From: Actinomycetes bacterium | GTDB taxonomy: Bacteria > Actinomycetota > Actinomycetes > S36-B12 > UBA5976 | Direction: 5' to 3' | Assembly (NCBI GenBank): GCA_038145175.1 | Contig: JAYQPE010000003.1 | Coordinates: forward strand, 111,768-175,767 | Length of the DNA: 64,000 nt | In this document: positions 38,896-47,368 of the stretch, piece after piece | Numbering within the stretch: position 1 is the stretch's first letter | Layout: each line of letters opens with the position of its first letter | Notes under the pieces: model-generated | Databases searched by the model: none | What the model saw: the letters and a program-made list of their open reading frames with translations, nothing else | Told to the model about the DNA's origin: nothing | Translations under genes and position numbers: made by a program

Positions 38896-40008
38896 ATGTC
38901 GGCTAGCACAAATGCACATATGCGTAATTTTGATTCTTTGACTTCAGGGCTACTTCATCCTGCTGCAAAAAAAGCATTAACTTCCTTGCCAGATTATGCC
39001 TACTTTGATTCAACCAAGCTGTATCACGAATCACGTTCTGCCCGCATGCTTTTAGATTCAGCTCGTGCATCAATTGCTGCCAGATTAAAAGTAAATCCTG
39101 ATGAAGTTTCTTTTATCCCAAGTGGCAACGCAGGACTTGATTTAATTGTTTCTGGTTTATTAAATGCCACAAATAACAAAAAAGTTGTGTCTTCAAGTGT
39201 TGAACAAAAAGCAATAATTGAAAGATTAAAAAGTTATGAGTCAAATTTAGTTTCGGTTGATAATCTAGCAAGAATAAACGAAAAAGAATTTATTGAAAAG
39301 CTAGATTCTATAAAACCTGGACTTGCTGTTTTACAATTTTCAAATCATGAAGTAGGCACTCAGCAACCACTTCATCTGATTTACAAAAAATGTCAAGAAT
39401 TAAATATTCCACTATTTGTTGATGCATCCATGACTGCAGGATTAGTAAATGTAGGTAGTGATTGGGATGTGTTGCTACTAAAACCAAGTAGCTGGGGTGC
39501 TCCAATTGGTTTAGATATTTTAATTGTGAAAAGAAATGTAATGTTTAAATCAATTCTTTTAGATGATGGCCGAGAAAATCATAAATTTTCTAGCAATGTG
39601 TTCATCCCACAAGCAGTAGCTATTGGGGCAAGTTTAGAAGCAATAAATGAAAATAGAAGTGAAATTGCTAAATCATTATCAATTCTTATTAAAGATTTAA
39701 GAGAACAATTAGAAAAGATAAAAAACATAATTGTTTTAGGAGATCCAGTAGCAAGACTTCCGCATGTCATTAGTTTTTTGATAGAAAATGTTGACGGTGA
39801 ATTTATATCCCAAAACTTAAGTAAAAAAGGCTTTGCAGTTTCTAGTGGTTCTTCATGCACGCCAGATGCTATAAAACCATCTCATGTATTAAGTGAAATG
39901 GGATATCCAAATCAGGCTCACATTAGAGTATCTCTTTCATTTGATACTAAAAAAGAAGATATTGATGATTTTGTTGTGGCATTGATTCAAACAATGAGTG
40001 AAATCTAA
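38896..40008 (+). CDS. class V aminotransferase-fold, IscS/NifS-like protein with degenerate PLP site
   Basis: 370 aa. The Cys loop VSSGSSCTPDAIKPSHVL is retained. However, the HK motif reads SSW, DAxQ reads DASM, and the stacking His reads Q (by-eye alignment to E. coli IscS). Confidence 0.7.
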   Translation: MSASTNAHMRNFDSLTSGLLHPAAKKALTSLPDYAYFDSTKLYHESRSARMLLDSARASIAARLKVNPDEVSFIPSGNAGLDLIVSGLLNATNNKKVVSSSVEQKAIIERLKSYESNLVSVDNLARINEKEFIEKLDSIKPGLAVLQFSNHEVGTQQPLHLIYKKCQELNIPLFVDASMTAGLVNVGSDWDVLLLKPSSWGAPIGLDILIVKRNVMFKSILLDDGRENHKFSSNVFIPQAVAIGASLEAINENRSEIAKSLSILIKDLREQLEKIKNIIVLGDPVARLPHVISFLIENVDGEFISQNLSKKGFAVSSGSSCTPDAIKPSHVLSEMGYPNQAHIRVSLSFDTKKEDIDDFVVALIQTMSEI

Positions 40009-40670
40009 AAAGCTGGTTTTGTTTTCATAACTATCTTTAATTGATTTAAATATTTTACTCTAGAAATTTCAATTACTCCCATGCTTTTTAAATGAGGGGT
40101 TTGCCATTGCACATCAAAAATTCTTTCTCCCCCAGCATTGTTCAACTTTTCAACTAAATAGACCATGGCTGTTTTTGAAGCATCAGTTTTTCTATGAAAC
40201 ATAGATTCACCTGCAAATAATCCATTTACTTCTACTCCATAAAGACCACCTACTAAATTTTGATTCTCATCCCAAACTTCAACACTATGAGCAAAACCTA
40301 AATCAAATAAATCTTTATAAGCTTTTAATATTTCTTTATTAATCCAACCCTTTGGTCTTTTATCATCGCCACAACCTTTCATAACTTCAACAAATTCTTG
40401 ATCAAAAGTAACGTGATATTTTTTCATAGATTTTTTTAAAGATTTTGATATTTTTATTTCATTTAATGGTAAAACTCCTCTTTTTATAGGTGACCACCAC
40501 CCAATTTCAGTTTTTCCTTCGATTTCAACGTGCATAGGAAATATTCCATGTCTATATGAATCAATTAAAGTTTCAGGTTTTAGATCTGCACCTAAAATAA
40601 CTAGATCATTTTTGGGCATTTGTTCTTTTTTGGGAAAATTCCAAAGAGAGGGCCCAATTTCTTTTGGCAT
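40005..40670 (-). CDS. aat: leucyl/phenylalanyl-tRNA-protein transferase
   Basis: 221 aa. GIFPM, WWSPIKRGVLPL and GESMFH motifs. Confidence 0.85.
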   Translation of the reverse strand: MPKEIGPSLWNFPKKEQMPKNDLVILGADLKPETLIDSYRHGIFPMHVEIEGKTEIGWWSPIKRGVLPLNEIKISKSLKKSMKKYHVTFDQEFVEVMKGCGDDKRPKGWINKEILKAYKDLFDLGFAHSVEVWDENQNLVGGLYGVEVNGLFAGESMFHRKTDASKTAMVYLVEKLNNAGGERIFDVQWQTPHLKSMGVIEISRVKYLNQLKIVMKTKPAF

Positions 40671-40674
40671 TTAA

Positions 40675-41658
40675 TTACTTAACTAAAAAAGGTTTTATTT
40701 CTGTTGCTGGATCTTTTCCGTAAAAATTCTCAAATCTTTTAACAAATTCTTCATTTGAAAAGAAATATTCTTGTGTACCAACTGTTTCAATTACATAAGT
40801 TGCAAGCATGGAACCAACTTGAGCGCATCGTTCAGGTTTTAATCCCCACGAATAAGCCGCTAAGTAACCGGCACGAAATGAATCTCCCACGCCTGTTGGA
40901 TCAATTCTTTCAGTTTCTGGCGGACAAGCAACGGTAGCAATTACTTCATTTTTACTTTGCACTCTTGCACCTTTTGCCCCTAATGTGGTTACAACTGTTC
41001 CAACTCGTTTCATTAATTCATCTGTATTCCAACCAACTTTTTTCTCTATCAAACTTGATTCATATTCATTCATGAATAAATAAGTTGCACCTTCAATTAA
41101 TTGAGCAATTTGTTTGCCATCCATTCTGGCCATTTGTTGTGAAGGATCAGCTATGAAATCTATTTTTCTATGTTTTGCCTCTTCTGTGTGTTTAAGCATT
41201 GCTAAAGGATCACTTGGACCAATAAACACAAAATCTATTTTTCCAACTCTTTTTACAACAGGACCTAATTCAATTAAATTTGATTCACTCATTGCCCCTG
41301 GATAAAAGGAAGCAATTTGATTTGCAGCATCATCAGTGGTGCAAACAAATCGTGCTGTGTGTTTGTCGTGACTGTAATGGATTGATTCACAATCTACATT
41401 GTGTCTTTCTAACCAAGATCTATATTCGGCAAAATCTTTGCCAACTGCGCCAACCAAAATTGGCCGAAGTCCAAGTTTTCCCATTGAAAATGCAACGTTT
41501 GCTCCAACCCCACCTCTTCTGATTTGTAAATCATCAACTAGAAAAGAAAGTGAAACGTGATCTAATTTGTCTGCAACTAATGAATCAGTGAATTTTCCAG
41601 GAAAACGCATCAAGTGATCTGTTGCAATTGAACCCGTGATTGCAATATTTAGTGACAC
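40675..41658 (-). CDS. PfkB-family carbohydrate/adenosine kinase (Rv2202c AdoK-like)
   Basis: 327 aa. GGVGANVA and the C-terminal DPTGVGDSFRAG motif. Syntenic with M. tuberculosis adoK. Confidence 0.8.
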   Translation of the reverse strand: MSLNIAITGSIATDHLMRFPGKFTDSLVADKLDHVSLSFLVDDLQIRRGGVGANVAFSMGKLGLRPILVGAVGKDFAEYRSWLERHNVDCESIHYSHDKHTARFVCTTDDAANQIASFYPGAMSESNLIELGPVVKRVGKIDFVFIGPSDPLAMLKHTEEAKHRKIDFIADPSQQMARMDGKQIAQLIEGATYLFMNEYESSLIEKKVGWNTDELMKRVGTVVTTLGAKGARVQSKNEVIATVACPPETERIDPTGVGDSFRAGYLAAYSWGLKPERCAQVGSMLATYVIETVGTQEYFFSNEEFVKRFENFYGKDPATEIKPFLVK

Positions 41659-41695
41659 GGGAAGTAAGACTACTAATTAACCGATTAAAAGTGAA

Positions 41696-42046
41696 TTAGT
41701 GGAATGAATCGCCACAGGCACAAGATCCACCTGCATTTGGATTATCGATTGTGAAACCTTGTTTTTCGATTGTGTCTACAAAATCAATTGTTGCTCCATT
41801 TAGATAAGGAACACTCATTTTGTCTACAACAACTTTCACACCGTTAAAATCTTGAGTTGCATCACCTTCAAGGGATCGATCATCAAAAAATAATTGATAT
41901 CTCATGCCAGAGCATCCACCAGGTTGCACAGCAATTCTTAATGCAAGATCATCTCTTCCTTCTTGATTAAGAAGAGTTCTCACTTTTGTGGTTGCAACAT
42001 CTGTTAGCAAAATGCCATTTTGAGTATTTGTGGTTTCAGTGCTCAT
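41696..42046 (-). CDS. erpA: iron-sulfur cluster insertion protein (HesB/IscA/ErpA family)
   Basis: 116 aa. GGCSG and the C-terminal GGSCACGDSF Cys triad. Confidence 0.87.
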   Translation of the reverse strand: MSTETTNTQNGILLTDVATTKVRTLLNQEGRDDLALRIAVQPGGCSGMRYQLFFDDRSLEGDATQDFNGVKVVVDKMSVPYLNGATIDFVDTIEKQGFTIDNPNAGGSCACGDSFH

Positions 42047-42087
42047 GAGTCAAATTTACCTTTCCTTCTTCTATATATATTGCCACG

Positions 42088-43140
42088 TTATTTCGACCAT
42101 GTCCTGCTGACCCGCTCCGCGAGCATCACTAGAGACATAAAAGGATCATTTGGTAAATCTTGTCCAGGTTCAATGCATCCATATGCTCCAACAATTCCTG
42201 CCGCAGCTAATTCTCTTTTCCCCGCTAAAACTTGTCCGCATAATGCAAGACAAGTTTTAGCTGAATCCATTGCCAAATCTGCAATGCCTGTTATGACTTT
42301 GCCGCGTAAGGTTTGCCAATCAAGTGAACCCTCACCTGTGATTACTAGATCTGAATTTGCAATTTCATTTTTTAAATCGAATGATTCTTCAACAAGTTCT
42401 AAACCACTTACTCTATTTGCGCCAAGTGCCATTAGTGCAAAACCAATTCCTCCACCTGCCCCTGCCCCCAGCATCAATGATGCATCTTTATTGTCTTTTC
42501 TTTTAGGAATTCTTTTCGCTAATTGTTCTAGTTTTATCTCCAATTCTTCAATTAATTCTTTGCTTGCACCTTTTTGTTCCCCAAAACCTTTAGCTGCTCC
42601 TCTATTGCCTAGAAGTAATACATCAACATCTGTGGCGGCAATTAAATCAATATTTGCTAAATCATTTGGATTAATTGTTTCCAATATTCCAACACCTCCA
42701 TCGATTGAGGCAGTTCCTCCAACTCCTACAAAAATTGATTCACATCCTTCAGCGATTGCTTTATTTATTAATTCACCAATTCCTCTTGAGGTGTATTTGT
42801 CTGGAGTTTTAGGAAAAGTAGTAATTAATTGTGGTCCAACAACTAAGTGCGATTCGATGTAGGCAGTTTTTCCAACAATTAACATGGGGGCTTTGATTGA
42901 GGTTCCTTCTAAACCTGTAACTAAATACGAAACAAGATTTCCGCCAAATCCATATGAAATTGCATCTAAAAATCCAGGTCCACCATCACTCATCGGTGCG
43001 AGAAAAAAATCATCTTTGCTGGTTTTTTCCCAACCAGTCTTAATAGCTAATGCAGCTTGGGCTGCAGTAAGTGTGCCGGTGAATGAGTCTGGAGCAATAA
43101 CGATGCGCACCTCGCAAACTTTAGTAAAGCATGAAAACAT
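42088..43140 (-). CDS. glxK: glycerate kinase
   Basis: IVIAPDSFTGTL N-terminus, DGGPG, and the VITGEGSLDWQTLRGK motif. Confidence 0.85.
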   Translation of the reverse strand: MFSCFTKVCEVRIVIAPDSFTGTLTAAQAALAIKTGWEKTSKDDFFLAPMSDGGPGFLDAISYGFGGNLVSYLVTGLEGTSIKAPMLIVGKTAYIESHLVVGPQLITTFPKTPDKYTSRGIGELINKAIAEGCESIFVGVGGTASIDGGVGILETINPNDLANIDLIAATDVDVLLLGNRGAAKGFGEQKGASKELIEELEIKLEQLAKRIPKRKDNKDASLMLGAGAGGGIGFALMALGANRVSGLELVEESFDLKNEIANSDLVITGEGSLDWQTLRGKVITGIADLAMDSAKTCLALCGQVLAGKRELAAAGIVGAYGCIEPGQDLPNDPFMSLVMLAERVSRTWSK

Positions 43141-43146
43141 GGTTAT

Positions 43147-44319
43147 ATGGCACCAACTTGGACTGAACCTGCAGCAACTCCTTTACTTCATTTATTGGGT
43201 TCTTTATCTGATTCAAATACTGAAAAAGGTGTTGAATGTCCTGGGCAATTACCAAATCCCTCCTCTCCTGATTTAGTTCAACGAGCATTAGTTGCTAAAG
43301 AAAAATTAGGAGATCGTTTATTTATATTGGGACATCATTATCAAAGAGATGAAGTAATCCAATTTGCTGACACAACAGGAGATTCATTTAAATTAGCCAA
43401 AGATGCAGCAGCAAGACCTAATGCTGATTACATAGTTTTTTGCGGAGTGCACTTCATGGCAGAAAGTGCAGATATTTTAACTTCAGATTTACAAAATGTT
43501 ATTTTGCCAGATTTAGCCGCAGGTTGCTCAATGGCTGACATGGCAGAAATTTCTCAAGTTGAGTCATGTTGGAGTGTTTTAGAAGATTTAGGAATTGCCA
43601 AATCCACAATTCCAGTTGTTTATATGAACTCAACTGCAGCAATTAAAGGTTTTACTGGAAAAAATGGTGGCACAGTTTGTACATCATCTAACGCACAACG
43701 AGCTTTAGAGTGGGCTTTTTCAAAAGGTGAAAGAGTTTTATTTCTTCCAGATCAACATCTTGGAAGAAATACTGCAGTAATGAAATTGGGTATGAAAAAA
43801 GAAGATTGCGTAGTTTTTGATCCAAGAAAACCAAGAGGTGGCTTAACTGATTCGCAATTACATAATGCGCGCATGATTTTGTGGAAAGGTCACTGTTCAG
43901 TTCATGCCAGATTTTCACTTAATTCAGTAAATGATGTTAGGCAAAGAGTAAAAGATGTTCAAGTAATTGTTCATCCAGAATGTGTCAATGAAGTCGCAGA
44001 ATCAGCAGATGTAATTGCTTCAACTGAGGGAATTATTAAAACTATTAAAGCATCTCCAAGTGGTTCAAAGTGGGCTGTTGGAACAGAATTAAATTTAGTT
44101 AGAAGACTTGCTAAACAATTTCCTGATAAAGAAATTATGTTTTTAGATAAAACTATTTGCTACTGTTCCACCATGAATAGAATTGATTTACCGCACCTTG
44201 TGGCAAGTTTAGAGAATTTAGTTGCTGGAAATATTGTGAATCAAATAAAAGTAGATGCCCAAACCAAACAATTTGCCAAAATGGCGCTCAACCAAATGCT
44301 TGCCTTGCCGGGTAATTAA
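43147..44319 (+). CDS. nadA: quinolinate synthase
   Basis: 390 aa. ILGHHYQRDEV, FCGVHFMAESA and VIVHPEC motifs. Confidence 0.9.
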   Translation: MAPTWTEPAATPLLHLLGSLSDSNTEKGVECPGQLPNPSSPDLVQRALVAKEKLGDRLFILGHHYQRDEVIQFADTTGDSFKLAKDAAARPNADYIVFCGVHFMAESADILTSDLQNVILPDLAAGCSMADMAEISQVESCWSVLEDLGIAKSTIPVVYMNSTAAIKGFTGKNGGTVCTSSNAQRALEWAFSKGERVLFLPDQHLGRNTAVMKLGMKKEDCVVFDPRKPRGGLTDSQLHNARMILWKGHCSVHARFSLNSVNDVRQRVKDVQVIVHPECVNEVAESADVIASTEGIIKTIKASPSGSKWAVGTELNLVRRLAKQFPDKEIMFLDKTICYCSTMNRIDLPHLVASLENLVAGNIVNQIKVDAQTKQFAKMALNQMLALPGN

Positions 44320-44342
44320 AGGGTGATAATCTTAAAAAACTT

Positions 44343-44867
44343 ATGAAACAAGGACCAACCCCAAAAAGAAAAGAAGCTGAAGCTGCTCGAAAAAAAGCTT
44401 TAAAAGTTCCTAAAGATACCAAGGAAGCAAGAAAAGCAGTTAGGGAAAGAACCAGGCAGCAGCGCGCTGAAGTAAGAGTTGCTATGGCTCGCGGTGAAGA
44501 ATGGGCCATGCCTTTAAGAGACAAAGGTCCAGTTAAAAGAATGGTCAGAAATTTAGTTGATTCTCGTTGGCATTTTGGTGAACTATTTTTACCAATTGCC
44601 ATGGCAGTTTTGGTTTTATCATTAGTGCCAAATCCACAAGTTGCAAGATTTGTTTATTTATTATGGCTCTTGATGATGCTTGGCACCATAGTTGATGAAA
44701 TATTTTTGGGATTTAAAATTAAAAAAGAAATCAATAAAAATTATTCAGATCCCAAAGAGCGTAAAGGTGCAATTTTTTACGGTTTGATGAGAGCATTACA
44801 ACTTAGAATTTTAAGAATTCCTGCTCCAATTGTAAAAATTGGTGGAAAGCCTAAAGAATTTAAGTAA
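44343..44867 (+). CDS. DUF3043 domain membrane protein (Rv2206-like)
   Basis: Basic N-terminus GPTPKRKEAEAARKK followed by two TM helices. Syntenic position. Confidence 0.7.
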   Translation: MKQGPTPKRKEAEAARKKALKVPKDTKEARKAVRERTRQQRAEVRVAMARGEEWAMPLRDKGPVKRMVRNLVDSRWHFGELFLPIAMAVLVLSLVPNPQVARFVYLLWLLMMLGTIVDEIFLGFKIKKEINKNYSDPKERKGAIFYGLMRALQLRILRIPAPIVKIGGKPKEFK

Positions 44868-45164
44868 TTACTTACTTAAAGGATGTAGGCTCATGTTTTC
44901 CATGGCCAGATTAGTTCCATCCCAAAGTGACACTTGATCTATTCCACCTCGAAGTAAAACTCTCCAATTTAGGGTTAACCAATCTTCAGCCTCAGATCTA
45001 GTTTTAAATTCTTCGATAACTGCTTCTTTTGGTAATTGCTCAACTGGTTTTCCGTCTTTATCTAAGTAAACCCAAGTAAATGCCATATTCTGAATTTTTC
45101 CTTTATAAAGAAAGTAAGTTAGCCCCCGCGACAACTTTTTTTCCTTATGGATAAATAGTTTCAC
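44868..45164 (-). CDS. hypothetical protein (98 aa)
   Basis: GTG start at 45164 with AGGAG 6 nt upstream. No family recognised. Its stop codon directly abuts the stop of the convergent DUF3043 gene (TAATTA). Confidence 0.45.
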   Translation of the reverse strand: MKLFIHKEKKLSRGLTYFLYKGKIQNMAFTWVYLDKDGKPVEQLPKEAVIEEFKTRSEAEDWLTLNWRVLLRGGIDQVSLWDGTNLAMENMSLHPLSK

Positions 45165-45214
45165 GACTCGCTCCTATTTGGCAATTGACTAAGGGGTAAG
45201 TTTCATGTTGTAGT

Positions 45215-45440
45215 TCTACCTAGCACGAAAACCTGTTCCTTGTAAAAGGGGAAGCTGGTCAAAATCCAGCACTGTCCCGCAACCGTAGGTTCAGAAAAAA
45301 AGCTTTTTTTCTGAATAAGTCGGATTACCTAACTAGGAATGAGTCGACCAACGCATCCGTCGAGGAAAACGGGGCAGGCCGGATTGTTTTTCTAGATCCA
45401 CCTTCCCTTTGTTTCTTTTGAAACAAAGGGTTTTGTTTTT
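45215..45440 (+). promoter_or_regulatory. cobalamin (B12) riboswitch with intrinsic-terminator expression platform
   Basis: The core AAAAGGGGAAGCTGGTCAAAATCCAGCACTGTCCCGCAACCGTAGG (45245-45289) matches the conserved aptamer. There is a B12-box-like AAGTCGGATTACCT (45317-45330) and a closing helix CCTAG/CTAGG (45219-23/45333-37). The terminator lies at 45405-45440. Confidence 0.85.
45405..45440 (+). terminator. riboswitch terminator hairpin
   Basis: CCCTTTGTTTC (45405-15) pairs with GAAACAAAGGG (45420-30) around a TTTT loop, then TTTTGTTTTT. Confidence 0.8.
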
Positions 45441-45507
45441 CTAGATTTATTTTCTTAAAGCCCGCTCATCTGGTTAATCAACGGTATTTATTCCAGAGGA
45501 GAATAGA

Positions 45508-46188
45508 TTGAAAAAAGTAAAAAGAAATGTTGCTTTAATTTTCATTGCAACATTATTGAGTTCCCAATTTTTTATAACTTCTGCAAATGCTGCAGATTAT
45601 CGTTATTGGACATTTTGGGTAACTTCAAATGATCAATGGTCATTTGCAAATGAAGGTGCTGGCACTTTAAAAGCAACCGATCAAATGGTTACTGGTTGGA
45701 AATTTGCTGTTACGGGTGCAGACAATGGCACACCACCAAATCAAAGTGCAGTATTTGCTGACCTTTGTCCCAACACTTCAGAACAGGCTGGAGTATTAAG
45801 GGTTGCAGTCATAGTTGATTTCAATGACACAAGTGTTGCTCCTGATGGAGAAACTCCACCAGCAGAATCACTAATTAATTGTGTAACTGTTAACGATGGT
45901 CAAACTGCAGCAGATGCATTAAATGCTGCAGGTTTAGAAATTCGTGCAAATGAAGGTTTTGTTTGCGGAATCAACGGTTATCCAAAAGAGGAATGTGGAG
46001 TTGAAGTTCCTGCCACATCTGCTGAAGCCACTGAAGTTGAAACTCAAGCCGATACTCCAATGGTGATTGCAGAAAACGAATCTACTTCAGAATCATCAAA
46101 TACTGATCTTCAACTAATCGCCCTTGCTGCGGTTTTAGTTGTTGGATTAGCAATCGTTCTTCGCATGAGAAAGAAAAAGAACAATTAA
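45508..46188 (+). CDS. secreted, C-terminally membrane-anchored protein (SCO2322/DUF4430-like; candidate corrinoid-binding accessory)
   Basis: TTG start with GAGGAG 6 nt upstream. Signal peptide ...FFITSANA|AD, 4 Cys, an acidic Thr/Glu linker, and a C-terminal TM plus RMRKKKNN. The segment GQTAADALNAAGLEIRANEGFVCGINGYP resembles DUF4430 (by eye). Confidence 0.55.
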   Translation: MKKVKRNVALIFIATLLSSQFFITSANAADYRYWTFWVTSNDQWSFANEGAGTLKATDQMVTGWKFAVTGADNGTPPNQSAVFADLCPNTSEQAGVLRVAVIVDFNDTSVAPDGETPPAESLINCVTVNDGQTAADALNAAGLEIRANEGFVCGINGYPKEECGVEVPATSAEATEVETQADTPMVIAENESTSESSNTDLQLIALAAVLVVGLAIVLRMRKKKNN

Positions 46189-46210
46189 AGAAGTTATAAA
46201 TAAGACTCTT

Positions 46211-47368
46211 ATGCCATCTGCCCCCCGCCGATGGCATAAGCCATTTGTTTTTTCTGAAACTAGATTTTTACATTCCGGGGCTTGGTGGCTGTGGGCAATT
46301 CTGATGGCAGCTATTGCTGCAGGAACTACAAATCCAATTTATTTATTTTCAATAATTTTTGTGGTTTTAACAGTTGTTAAATATAGAAAAAGTGATGCCC
46401 CGTGGTCTAAATCAATCAAGGGTTTTATTTATGCAGGAATTTTGATAGTTGTCATTAGAACATTTTTGGTAATAATTACCCCAGATATTTTTGGAGATAC
46501 CGTTTTATTTACTCTTCCCCAAATTGATTTACCAAGTATTTTTGCTGGTATTAAAATTGGCGGAGCCATAAAAGCAAATACTTTATATTTTTCTTTCAAA
46601 CAAGGTCTTAGATTTGCCACCATTTTGATTTGTATAGGTGCTGCTCAATCTTTAGCTTCTCCATATCGATTATTAAAATCTGTTCCTGCCGCACTTTATG
46701 AAATCGGGTTAGCAATAATTGTGGCAATGACCTTTGCGCCTCAACTTGCCCAAGATGCCAAAAGAGTTCGTGAAGCACAGTTTTTAAGAGGTAGAAAAAT
46801 AAATGGAATTAGATCTTTTACAAAAGCCATTGTGCCAATTTTAGAAGGAGCAATGGAGCGAGCCTTAAACCTAGCCTCTTCAATGGATTCCAGAGGCTAT
46901 GGCAGAAAAGTTCACCAAACAAAAATAAAGAAAACTACTACCAATATTTTTATGTTGTTAGGTTTATTAGGAATTATTTTTGGCTTATCCGGTTTACTAG
47001 GAGTATTTAGTCAAGCAAATATTGGTTTACTAAATCTTTTAATTGGTTTAACACTTGCAATTTTTTCATTATTTCTTGCAGGCAAAAATGCCTCTAGAAC
47101 AAAGTATCGAGCAGATCGATGGGAAATTCCGGAAGTATTAGTAGTATTTACTCCCCTGGTTGGTTTAGTTACTCTTAAATTTAGTGAAGCAAGTGTCTTA
47201 AATCCTCCCACAAGCCCATTAAGTCTTCCGCAAATAGATTTTGTTTCCTTGTCATGTATTTTTCTTGCATTATTTGCCATATTTTTTTCCCCAAATCCTC
47301 CAAAATCCTATAAAAATTTAAGTTTAAATTCGAAATTTAGTTTGAATTTGGAGAAAACAGCTGCATGA
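46211..47368 (+). CDS. ECF transporter T component (CbiQ/EcfT family) with extra C-terminal TM extension
   Basis: Coupling-helix Ala-Arg-Gly-type motifs (EAQFLRGRK, SSMDSRGYG). At 385 aa it is about 100 aa longer than typical EcfT proteins. Confidence 0.8.
   Translation: MPSAPRRWHKPFVFSETRFLHSGAWWLWAILMAAIAAGTTNPIYLFSIIFVVLTVVKYRKSDAPWSKSIKGFIYAGILIVVIRTFLVIITPDIFGDTVLFTLPQIDLPSIFAGIKIGGAIKANTLYFSFKQGLRFATILICIGAAQSLASPYRLLKSVPAALYEIGLAIIVAMTFAPQLAQDAKRVREAQFLRGRKINGIRSFTKAIVPILEGAMERALNLASSMDSRGYGRKVHQTKIKKTTTNIFMLLGLLGIIFGLSGLLGVFSQANIGLLNLLIGLTLAIFSLFLAGKNASRTKYRADRWEIPEVLVVFTPLVGLVTLKFSEASVLNPPTSPLSLPQIDFVSLSCIFLALFAIFFSPNPPKSYKNLSLNSKFSLNLEKTAA

Noticed and set aside
38800-38919. N-terminal extension of ctaC (MCICASRHVLNV...) overlapping the divergent IscS-like gene
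   Set aside because: An internal TTG at 38799 has a strong AGGAGA Shine-Dalgarno sequence and yields a clean lipoprotein signal peptide. The extension has no signal-peptide character.
42020-42862. 280-aa ORF on the + strand
   Set aside because: It lies entirely antisense to the well-supported glycerate kinase gene. Its product is low-complexity (Ser/Pro/Ile-rich) with no motifs, as expected for a shadow ORF.
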